Source of the DNA: an uncultured archaeon
GTDB lineage: Archaea > Asgardarchaeota > Lokiarchaeia > Sigyniarchaeales > SOKP01
Direction: 5' to 3'
Assembly: GCA_964388035.1 (NCBI GenBank)
Contig: CAYLZE010000048.1
Location: forward strand, 1-27,333
Length of the DNA: 27,333 nucleotides
Numbering within the stretch: position 1 is the first letter of the stretch; the number at the start of each line of letters is the position of its first letter. Both the position numbers and the translations under genes were made by a program. The notes below the pieces were generated by a model. It was not told the origin of the DNA and did not search any database. It was given only the letters and a program-made list of their open reading frames with translations. This document shows positions 18,159 through 26,759 of the stretch, piece by piece.

Positions 18159-19064
18159 TCATCCATATAAAAGTGGCCATAGGATAAAAGGAAATGATAG
18201 ATTTAATCCAATAAGGAGAATAATGATCATTATTCTATATCGCTGACGCCATTTTAAAGTCTTGATATGTTCTAAAAAAATGAGAATTAATAATCCTTCA
18301 AACAATAATTGAGCCGTTTGGAAAACTTGCCAAGAAAATAAGTAGATTACTAATAAGATATTGAAGCTATCCGATTGAATTTCCATGTAGGTCCAATTGT
18401 AATACATGCTGAGAAAATACTGGGGAAAAACCATGTAAGGAATGCATGAAATAACAAGCGGGGTAAAAAAGTAAATGAAAGCCTTTATATTTATCTTCTT
18501 TACGATTAACAACATGAAGGGGAAAATAATTAAAATGATTTTATATGTACCTAAGGAAAATAATATACCCGAAAGCCACTTTTTATCCTTAATCCATGCA
18601 TAATACGATAAAAATAATAATAGTTGGATTAACCAATTGTTATTATTCAAGTAGGCGTCAGCAAAAAAACCCAATCCCGCTAATATGAAAAAAATCACTT
18701 TATCCGTGCTGTTTTCAGAGATAATGTTAATTTTTTTAGCCACATAAATGCAAGAAATGATTCTAAGTACATCCCATGCATACACACCGATATTAATCGG
18801 AAGGAGATAGATGGGATAAAAAAGGAAATACCAAAAATAAAGATAATAAGCTCTAAACCCACCGATAGATCCCGTGTTATAATAATTTGCGAGTCCATTT
18901 TCCATGAACACGTATAATGTTTTAAAATCTATATCGCGATTATAGGAAAAAAAAGAATCTTGATAAAAGTAAAAGATTATTCTTAAGATTGTGAGAAATA
19001 TTGCGATTATGATAATCGAATAGATATAATATACATGAATGGGAGTAGATTTCTTTTCTTCCAT
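18159..19064 (-). CDS. Short GT87-like GT-C membrane protein
   Basis: TM1 followed by RDIDF, YYLYFWYFLFYPIYLLP, DAYLNNNN, GILFSLGTYK (Lys at the position conserved in GT87). Confidence 0.65.
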   Translation of the reverse strand: MEEKKSTPIHVYYIYSIIIIAIFLTILRIIFYFYQDSFFSYNRDIDFKTLYVFMENGLANYYNTGSIGGFRAYYLYFWYFLFYPIYLLPINIGVYAWDVLRIISCIYVAKKINIISENSTDKVIFFILAGLGFFADAYLNNNNWLIQLLLFLSYYAWIKDKKWLSGILFSLGTYKIILIIFPFMLLIVKKINIKAFIYFFTPLVISCIPYMVFPQYFLSMYYNWTYMEIQSDSFNILLVIYLFSWQVFQTAQLLFEGLLILIFLEHIKTLKWRQRYRIMIIILLIGLNLSFPFILWPLLYG

Positions 19065-19114
19065 GATATAGGGTTGTATTAATTTTTATTAATAGAATAT
19101 ATTTCCAACTTCAT

Positions 19115-21364
19115 CTAAATAACCCAGTAATAGGGTGTCTCAACGCCATTTTCGTCTTTAGAAGAATGGACTTTATTTAAATAATCTAAATGATAATATT
19201 GCTCTTGTTGCTCCTTAGAGAGATGGCCATAAACTTGCCATCCTACATTTAAAAAGTAAAAATTATCTACTATTATATATACATCAGTACCGTACTGTTG
19301 CTTTAATTTTTGTAGTTGATTCACTCCATTTACTATTTGATTTTCAGGAGGAAAATAATTTTCTTCAAAACTGATAACGATGATAATATCTGAATCTTTT
19401 ATAGACTTATTATCTTCGTTATAGGGGTAATCATAATAGAGAAAAACATAATCATGCCCGAATTCCGTATGCATGGCTATTTTTCCCGAAGTATATTGAG
19501 CAAGCCATTGGAACGAATGAACTTCGCGATGCTTCATCGAGAAATTGGAAATGCCAACATGATCGTAATAAGCAGTTGCTGATATCGAGAAAAAAATTAT
19601 AAATAATAGGAGGACTTTATACTTCATTCGGTGTATATAACCTGTTTTTTTTAATTTATAAATATAGGAGAGAAATCCAATGATAATAGCAACTGAGCCT
19701 AAATAAAGGACTCTTGTCCATACTTTCTCGTTTACGGTTAATAGATCCACGAAAAATACACCTAAAAATATGAAATTAATCGATAATGCCCACATGGTTA
19801 TTGGTTTTCCTCGTGGTTTCTTTTGAAAAATGGCAAGCCCCCAAAAGGAAAAGGAGAAAAAGGCAAATATATCAAAGATTAAAAAGAAAAAAGAAATATC
19901 CAGATTAAGAATTAATATATTTGCAATTAAAAAGGCGATAATAATAGTTATTAAAATTACCGTGATAATGGGTATTATGAACTTGTCTTCTATTTTTTTT
20001 ATGAACGTGCTTTGTTCTCCCATTATGGCTTTCTTATACCGTCCCTTGGTGAAAAGTAAGGATTTCTTAAATCTCCAAATGATCCATGCCCCGCCAGCCC
20101 CTACGGGGATAAAAAGATACCATGGTAAATTGAAAGGTTGGATAAAGTAATAATGTCCGTATCCCAAACCAGCAAAAGTGAGAATTAAATAAATTCCCAA
20201 TAGTAATATTAGTAAGATGAAATCAATCCCACGTCTATAACTCTTCAAAAAATAGACCAAATAAGTACTAACTAAAGGTAGTAATAAGATAATAGTAGTG
20301 ATCGCATGAGTAAAGGCACTACTAATAAATAGAAAAATAATTAAACTATAAGAGAATTTCATGGAAGTGACCATTTGCTGCTTATCGGGAGGGCGGAGTA
20401 GGATGAAATTTTGAAGCCGAGAATAAAATAAAAAGAAGATTTCTAAGCCGATAATGAATGCTAATCCGGAAGGCCAAAATTGGAGCATCATGTAAGAGAA
20501 CCCAAGCATGGAAAATTCCAAGATGAATACTCCCAAAATAGATAAATTCTGATTTTTAAAAATTAGCATGAGGATGTTGTAGAGAATGAGAGCAGATATG
20601 AAATAAGTAAAAAACACAAAATATCTCGGTATGTAGAGATAATCCACGCCCGAAAAGAATTGAATTACAGCTCCAAATACATGAAATCCTAACTCATTAT
20701 GATAATCCAGCAGGGGTAAATAATGCATTTCAGTGATCTTTTTTATTATTGTGAGATGATACCAAGGATCCGTGCCGAAGAAGTAAGGATTTCTCGCCAA
20801 ATTTAAAAGGCAAACAAGCAGAATAAATATGATTAAAAAAAATGCATTTTTCGACACTTTACCAGTTAATTGAGTAAAAATAGTGTGCACGTTAGTCTCG
20901 TTTTCATGAATTTCATGAGTTTTAATAAAAACCTTTTCCCCTCCTCGATATTGCTGGAAAATTAAAATAAAGATCAAGAGGAGATATGAGAGGGAGGATA
21001 CTACAAAAAAATAAAGTCCCGTGATTGAGATCCCAATATAAAAACCAATATATCCAGTAAGAATATAAAAACCAGTATTAGTAACTATGGTTATACTTAA
21101 TTTCTCTAAGACATTAAAATCTTTTTTCTTTACTATTAGGAAAAAAAGAGGATAGCTTGGTAAAAATAATATAACAAAAATTGTGCTAATTATTACAAGT
21201 GTACGGAATATGAATAAGAAAAAAGAATTCATTGAACTCCCAATTATAATGGTAATCTGAATTAAATTTAGGAAGATAAAAAAGAGTGAAATGAGAGAAA
21301 TAATCAGAATGCAGGTATTCTTTCGCGATCTTGCCTGAGAGCATAATCTATTTAACAAATTCAT
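19115..21364 (-). CDS. Large GT-C fold membrane protein with STT3/AglB-like layout
   Basis: Many TMs, loop motif FGTDPWYH, then YHNELGFHVF; soluble C-terminal domain beginning SFQWLAQYT...HTEFG. Confidence 0.7.
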   Translation of the reverse strand: MNLLNRLCSQARSRKNTCILIISLISLFFIFLNLIQITIIIGSSMNSFFLFIFRTLVIISTIFVILFLPSYPLFFLIVKKKDFNVLEKLSITIVTNTGFYILTGYIGFYIGISITGLYFFVVSSLSYLLLIFILIFQQYRGGEKVFIKTHEIHENETNVHTIFTQLTGKVSKNAFFLIIFILLVCLLNLARNPYFFGTDPWYHLTIIKKITEMHYLPLLDYHNELGFHVFGAVIQFFSGVDYLYIPRYFVFFTYFISALILYNILMLIFKNQNLSILGVFILEFSMLGFSYMMLQFWPSGLAFIIGLEIFFLFYSRLQNFILLRPPDKQQMVTSMKFSYSLIIFLFISSAFTHAITTIILLLPLVSTYLVYFLKSYRRGIDFILLILLLGIYLILTFAGLGYGHYYFIQPFNLPWYLFIPVGAGGAWIIWRFKKSLLFTKGRYKKAIMGEQSTFIKKIEDKFIIPIITVILITIIIAFLIANILILNLDISFFFLIFDIFAFFSFSFWGLAIFQKKPRGKPITMWALSINFIFLGVFFVDLLTVNEKVWTRVLYLGSVAIIIGFLSYIYKLKKTGYIHRMKYKVLLLFIIFFSISATAYYDHVGISNFSMKHREVHSFQWLAQYTSGKIAMHTEFGHDYVFLYYDYPYNEDNKSIKDSDIIIVISFEENYFPPENQIVNGVNQLQKLKQQYGTDVYIIVDNFYFLNVGWQVYGHLSKEQQEQYYHLDYLNKVHSSKDENGVETPYYWVI

Positions 21365-21641
21365 TCTGTTTCTCAGTTACCTCTTATTTTAGTTTCACAT
21401 TCATAAAAAGCATATATGAGATCAATTTTCTTTCTTGATATTAATTGGAAACGCAAAGAGAATATTAAATATTAATTCAATTTATTGATTATTTAAATAA
21501 TAATTTTATATGTTACATTTCTAATAATTATTAAGGTGTGTTTTCTAATCGAATTAAAAACAATATTAATCTATAGAATAAAAGAATTTAAGAAATGTTT
21601 CATTCTATTGTACAATATAAGGTGTAAATCAGGTTAATTAT

Positions 21642-22577
21642 ATGGAAGAATATACTTGTGAAGTTTTAATTATTGGTGCAGGTCCAGCAGGCTTAACAGC
21701 GGGCTTGTATTGTGGCAGGTCTAATAGAGATACCATTATTCTTTATGGAAAACAGATTTCTGCGTTAGCAACAGCAAAAGAGATTGGGAATTACCCGGGA
21801 TTTGCTGATATTCAAGGAAATGATTTATTAGAAAAATTTAAGGAACAATTAAAGGATTATCCTACAGTTAAAATCATTCCTGGAGATGTTATCTCGTTAC
21901 TTGTAGGGATGGGAGCAAACATGATATCTACTAGAACAGCAAATATCACTGCAGATGTGGTTATCATTGCGACGGGAAGGGGGCAGAGAAAAGAACAGAT
22001 CAAGGGAGAAGAATCACTTATTGGATATGGAGTTTCTTACTGTGCTCTTTGTGATGGACCTTTATATAAGGAAAAGGTGGTATACATGTATGGTTGGGAT
22101 GAGGAAGTGCTAGAGGATGCCTTGGTATTACAACAAATGGGTTGTATTGTAAAAATTTTAACAAAAGTACCGCTAAGTCAACTTCCTGGAAAAATTAATG
22201 AAGTTAAAGAGAGTGGAATAGAAGTGATAGATCAAATGGAAATTACTGAAGTCATTCCCAATAAAGAAGGAATTATTCAAAAAATAGTCGCTAAAACTAC
22301 AAATCCCGAGAATTCAAATCTCGTGAAAGTGTTTGAATTAGATGCTCTTTTTATCTTGTCTCATCTTCCCTCTAATACGATATTTAAAAAAGCTGGGATC
22401 GAATTGGATGAAAGAGGAAATATAAAAGTAGATGCTGAACAACACACTAATATAGAAGGAGTATTTGCAGCTGGTGATGTAACAGGAGGAGTATTTCAAG
22501 TCGTATTTGCTACGGCAGAAGGAGCCCGAGCAGGAATTAATGCGAATAAATATGTGCGTCAAAAGAAAAAAGATTAG
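21642..22577 (+). CDS. trxB: Thioredoxin reductase-like flavoprotein
   Basis: IIGAGPAGLTAG, IIATG, GVSYCALCDG, TNIEGVFAAGDVTG, ATAEGARAG. Confidence 0.88.
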   Translation: MEEYTCEVLIIGAGPAGLTAGLYCGRSNRDTIILYGKQISALATAKEIGNYPGFADIQGNDLLEKFKEQLKDYPTVKIIPGDVISLLVGMGANMISTRTANITADVVIIATGRGQRKEQIKGEESLIGYGVSYCALCDGPLYKEKVVYMYGWDEEVLEDALVLQQMGCIVKILTKVPLSQLPGKINEVKESGIEVIDQMEITEVIPNKEGIIQKIVAKTTNPENSNLVKVFELDALFILSHLPSNTIFKKAGIELDERGNIKVDAEQHTNIEGVFAAGDVTGGVFQVVFATAEGARAGINANKYVRQKKKD

Positions 22578-22681
22578 AATTAAACTTATAGAATCAATTT
22601 TTATTTCTTTCTTCTCATTTCTTGTATCACCGGGATATCACATCCTCTTTACTATTCGGATTGGTATATTATCACCATATT

Positions 22682-23599
22682 ATGAACGGCGTGAAAATAT
22701 CAGATGTAATGGAAGATTTCTTGATTGCAAAGGAAATTGAAGAAGGATGTTCCTCTGCGACTATAAGAGCTTATCGATACGATTTAAATAAATTTATTGA
22801 TTTGATTGGGAACCTTGAGATTGATTCTCCTCTCATGCGCCAGAAAATTAGATTATTTTTAAAAAAACTTAAAGATAAAAATTATACTAAAAGAGCATTA
22901 AGTAGAAAAATAGCCTGTTTAAGAGCTTTTTTTAAGTTTTTAACTCTAAATGAATTCATGACGATTAACCCCATGGATAAAATTAAATCACCAAAAATAA
23001 GAATAGAAGAAAATTTACCGAAATTCTTGACAATAAATGAAATGCGCTTAATTTTAAATAAAATTAATAATGCACAGCTGTTTAATTCAAAAAAAAGCCA
23101 GAGATATTACCTTCTTGTGAGGCTTCTCTATTCTACTATGGCAAGAGTGAGTGAAGTGTGTAATATTAAGATTAGGGATGTAGATTTTAGTAAAGGATAC
23201 ATAAAACTAAGGGGAAAAGGAAACAAAGAGCGAATAGTGCCGGTTGATTCCAAAACCTTGCAGATTATTAAACAGAATTTAACAGACCGACTTATATATG
23301 AACCAGACGATTATTTATTGGTGAATACTAGAAATGAGAAATTAACACCCAGAGTTGCGCAAAATGATATTAATAGTATAAAAGAAAAATGTGGATTTTC
23401 TGACTCGAAAATTATCACCCCCCACGTTTTTCGGCATACCGGAGCCACGCATTTAAGACGCTCGGGAATGGATATAAGTGAATTGCAGGATATCTTGGGG
23501 CATAGCAGCCCTAATACGACAAGAATTTACGCAAAAAACGATATCACCAAACTCAAGGAATCTTATACATTGATGCATCCCTTAAATAAAGAATTCTAA
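22682..23599 (+). CDS. xerA: Tyrosine recombinase XerA (XerC/D family)
   Basis: N-terminal SAM-like domain (SSATIRAYRYDL, RKIACLRAFFKFL, NPMDKI..PK...LPKFL); catalytic R (ARVSE), K (GKGNKER), HxxR (HVFRH), LGH and Y (TTRIY). Start placed at ATG 22682. Confidence 0.88.
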   Translation: MNGVKISDVMEDFLIAKEIEEGCSSATIRAYRYDLNKFIDLIGNLEIDSPLMRQKIRLFLKKLKDKNYTKRALSRKIACLRAFFKFLTLNEFMTINPMDKIKSPKIRIEENLPKFLTINEMRLILNKINNAQLFNSKKSQRYYLLVRLLYSTMARVSEVCNIKIRDVDFSKGYIKLRGKGNKERIVPVDSKTLQIIKQNLTDRLIYEPDDYLLVNTRNEKLTPRVAQNDINSIKEKCGFSDSKIITPHVFRHTGATHLRRSGMDISELQDILGHSSPNTTRIYAKNDITKLKESYTLMHPLNKEF

Positions 23600-23720
23600 T
23601 CTAAATTCTATCTCCTTGTTCTTACCTCATTATTCTTTAATCAAGCTTAATTCAATCGATTCCACACTTCATGAGAAGTATCAGAGAATAATGGGAAATT
23701 GAATCTTTATTTTAGAAAGA

Positions 23721-23751
23721 AAAAATCTAAATCTTATTGATTTAGATTTTT
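23721..23751. repeat. Perfect 13-5-13 inverted repeat
   Basis: AAAAATCTAAATC-TTATT-GATTTAGATTTTT. Confidence 0.85.
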
Positions 23752-23835
23752 AAGGAGTTATTTTAAATACTTGCTAAATGATAAGAAGTTCAAGAAAATC
23801 AATATTTTGCTATTTAATACATAAAAAGTGAGATC

Positions 23836-24546
23836 ATGTCTACCAATAAAAATTTAGAAGCACAAGCAAAAGAGGAAAAGAAAGAAGGAGAGATAATTTA
23901 TTTAAGAAGCTATTCCAAGTTAATATATTTCTTTCCTTTATTCTTTACAACCATCATTTTATGGATACTACAATACTTCTTAAGCCCATCGGGACAACCA
24001 TATCCTTGGTTGGGATTTGTATGGGTATTGATATTTTTTATTAATGTTCTTGCCATCGGATTTGATATTTCTACAACGAAGCTTTTTATTCTCATTTTAA
24101 TCATTGCCTTAGCTATTGTACTATCGTTGTTTCTAATCCTACCCTCAATTCTCCAAGCATTTTATCAACAAGTTGGAATTATAGCTTTCAATATTGGGAT
24201 GAGTGAAGATTTTTACTTCGTAATCACCGCTATTTTAGGTATTGTTCTACTTATTACCCTTATAGCACCCCGCTTTAATTATTGGAAATTAGAACGTAAT
24301 GAGATTATTCATAAAAAAGGCATTTTTGTAGAAGCTGATAGGTACCCAACGAAGGGACTAAAGTATAGGAAAAAAATTCCCGATGTTTTAGAGTTCTTTT
24401 TGTTGGGTGCGGGCTCCATAACCTTAATGTTAGGCAAAAATGATGTTGAGCATTTAAGTACTATTTTGCGAGTAGATAATAAGGCAAGAAGAATAGACTC
24501 CCTCTTAAGTGAAGTGGAAGTTGAAGTAGAACCAGATAAAAAATAG
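23836..24546 (+). CDS. 4-TM membrane protein with C-terminal bacterial PH-like region
   Basis: Four TMs, then NYWKLERNEIIHKKGIF...DVLEFFLLGAGSITL, resembling the bPH_2 pattern. Confidence 0.7.
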   Translation: MSTNKNLEAQAKEEKKEGEIIYLRSYSKLIYFFPLFFTTIILWILQYFLSPSGQPYPWLGFVWVLIFFINVLAIGFDISTTKLFILILIIALAIVLSLFLILPSILQAFYQQVGIIAFNIGMSEDFYFVITAILGIVLLITLIAPRFNYWKLERNEIIHKKGIFVEADRYPTKGLKYRKKIPDVLEFFLLGAGSITLMLGKNDVEHLSTILRVDNKARRIDSLLSEVEVEVEPDKK

Positions 24547-24656
24547 ATATACAAATACTTTCATAATTTAAATTCCTAATCCTATTTTTAATAATTTTTT
24601 TCATTTTTCTTCTTTCAAATTTAAATAAATACAATTTTCCATTGAATCAATAGTAT

Positions 24657-24680
24657 CCCCCCATTTTTTGCAAGTCACAA
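24657..24680 (-). promoter_or_regulatory. ORB-like element with G-string upstream of cdc6
   Basis: Minus strand TTGTGACTTGCAAAAAATGGGGGG resembles the ORB consensus (TTCCAxTxGAAA..GGGG); it lies in an otherwise very AT-rich 324-bp intergenic region. Confidence 0.4.
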
Positions 24681-24870
24681 ATTCGAATTTTTCAAAAAAT
24701 CGATTTTCGTATTAAATTCTGAAATCTTTAAAGTCAAGTAATTATTCATTCGCAATAATCCTTTGATTTTCAGTAAATTATAGAGATAATATATGAACTT
24801 TTAAAAGAGCTAAAAATATATTAGAAATATTAGATTACCCTTTAATTAGCTTATAAAAAATATTTTTCAT

Positions 24871-26067
24871 ATGAAAATGGATGAGGATGAATTTAGAGCC
24901 CAGTTTACGGCTAAATCAGTGTTTAGACAAGCGAGTTCTCTAGATCTTAGTTTTGTCCCCGATAAACTTTTGTGCAGGGATGAAGCCATAAAAACTCTAA
25001 TCATCAATTTTAGAAGGATTCTCGAAGAAAAAGAACAGCCTTCTATCAACTGCTTGATCTTAGGTAAAGGAGGCGTGGGTAAGACAGTGACAGCAAGATA
25101 TTTTGGGAAGAACTTCAAAACTATTGCTTTAGAGCATGATGTGAACCTATTCATAGAATATTTTAATTGCATTAATTTTCGCAGTAAATCCAAAATTATT
25201 AGAGAGCTTCTGGCCAAATACACGCACGGATCAGGGCGAGGGTTTAGTGATGATGAGGCTATTAAATTAATCCTCACAAAATTAATAAATGAACAAGGGT
25301 ACATGTTACTCGTGATCGATGAGGTACATCTTCTAAAAGCTGAAGAAGTGTTGGCATTTTTAGATATTGCCGAAACTTTTGGGCATCAAAATGCAAAATT
25401 ATCTGTTCTCCTGATTTCTCGAATCCATGACTGGATGCGAATAGAAACGGAAAGGATATTAAGCAGAATTAATGAAAAAGTAAAGTTAAAACCTTATAAT
25501 TTGGAAGAAAGTCTTCAGATTTTAACCTATAGGAGTGAAATGGCATTTAAAGAAAGTCTTGATGAAGATATTTTAGAAATGATTGCTCAAATCGTTGTAT
25601 CGCATGAAAACATGCGCCATGGTATCGAGATATTAAGAAAGTGTGGACTATACGCCGATAAAGAAGGATTAAGTTATATTAATGCAGATATGGTAAGATC
25701 GGCTTCACAAGATGTATATCCAACTTTTCGAGGGGATATTGTGGATAAACTCAAGGATCAAGAATTATTGGCACTCTATGGGATTGCTCGCTCATTAATT
25801 AATAATGATGAACCTTATACTTTAGTAGATGATGCATTCATGGAATATGAGTCTTCATGTGAAACTTTTAATCAAGAACCTCATGTTAAAATGAGTTTCC
25901 GAAAATATATTAGACAATTAAAAAAGTTGAAAATAATTACCTCAAAAACGGAAAGAATAGATGATGCCGAGCGCGGAAGGCATTTAAGAATCACCCTATT
26001 AGATATCCCTCCTCAAACATTAATAGAATTTTTAGAAAAAATATTTGCTAAAAAGTTTGGAGAATAA
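24871..26067 (+). CDS. cdc6: Cdc6/Orc1 replication initiation protein
   Basis: LSFVPDKLLCRDE, Walker A GKGGVGKT, YFNC, Walker B LLVIDEVH, RILSR, LKPY, C-terminal winged helix (YIRQLKKLKII...RGRHLRI). Confidence 0.93.
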   Translation: MKMDEDEFRAQFTAKSVFRQASSLDLSFVPDKLLCRDEAIKTLIINFRRILEEKEQPSINCLILGKGGVGKTVTARYFGKNFKTIALEHDVNLFIEYFNCINFRSKSKIIRELLAKYTHGSGRGFSDDEAIKLILTKLINEQGYMLLVIDEVHLLKAEEVLAFLDIAETFGHQNAKLSVLLISRIHDWMRIETERILSRINEKVKLKPYNLEESLQILTYRSEMAFKESLDEDILEMIAQIVVSHENMRHGIEILRKCGLYADKEGLSYINADMVRSASQDVYPTFRGDIVDKLKDQELLALYGIARSLINNDEPYTLVDDAFMEYESSCETFNQEPHVKMSFRKYIRQLKKLKIITSKTERIDDAERGRHLRITLLDIPPQTLIEFLEKIFAKKFGE

Positions 26068-26247
26068 AGGACATTTTTTTCTTTCTTACATGGAAAGAGG
26101 ATGTTAAAATAAGTTAATTAGAATGAGAACTATTTTATAACATAATATTTTTCATAAATTAATTTTCGTAATGAAAACGTAAATACCACTAATATAATTT
26201 TTCTAGAGAGAAGTTTATTACCCTTTTTTTTAATCAATCCTTACTTT

Positions 26248-26478
26248 TTAGTATTTCTCTTTTTCAGCTTTTGACTGACTATACCACGCTAACCAATCTT
26301 TCCTTTTCTGTCGTTTTTTTTCCATCTCGTCAGCATCTCCAATATTCTGCTCTCTAACAGACTTCCAATAATTATCTAATTCGTATTGCGTTAAGGATAA
26401 CCCACATGACTGACAAACAGACCTTTTTAAATCCGATTGCCATTTGAGTTTTCCTCCGCACTCGGGACATCGTGCCAA
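26248..26478 (-). CDS. Small Zn-ribbon protein
   Basis: CPECGG-x15-CQSCG followed by a charged helix; TTG start. Confidence 0.8.
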   Translation of the reverse strand: MARCPECGGKLKWQSDLKRSVCQSCGLSLTQYELDNYWKSVREQNIGDADEMEKKRQKRKDWLAWYSQSKAEKEKY

Positions 26479-26759
26479 TTTTTTTAACGAAAAAACTTTT
26501 TTTAGCTTTTGTTGATAAAAATTGTCATTATCAAAAAGTTTTTGCTTTATACTTTAAGAATTCCTTATTATTTTACAGTGATGTAATTAAGTTAAATACC
26601 ATGCAACTTATTTTTAATTAGGTGAATTTATTACAAACTCCCCCATTGGTTTTAGGTTTGAACAACTATAATCATTTTCTTTAAATTATAAAATTCATTA
26701 GATTATCAAAATAGAAGAGAAAATCATTAATCTAATTAAAATAAAGCGAAGGTAATAAG

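Noticed and set aside
22659-22691. dif-like stretch overlapping the xerA start
   Set aside because: Only one arm (GCCGTTCATAA, minus strand) looks dif-like; there is no matching TTAT arm at 6-bp spacing.
22682-23599. Recombinase as a prophage or ICE integrase
   Set aside because: XerC/D-like size and motifs, housekeeping neighbours, and no att repeats, tRNA or viral genes.
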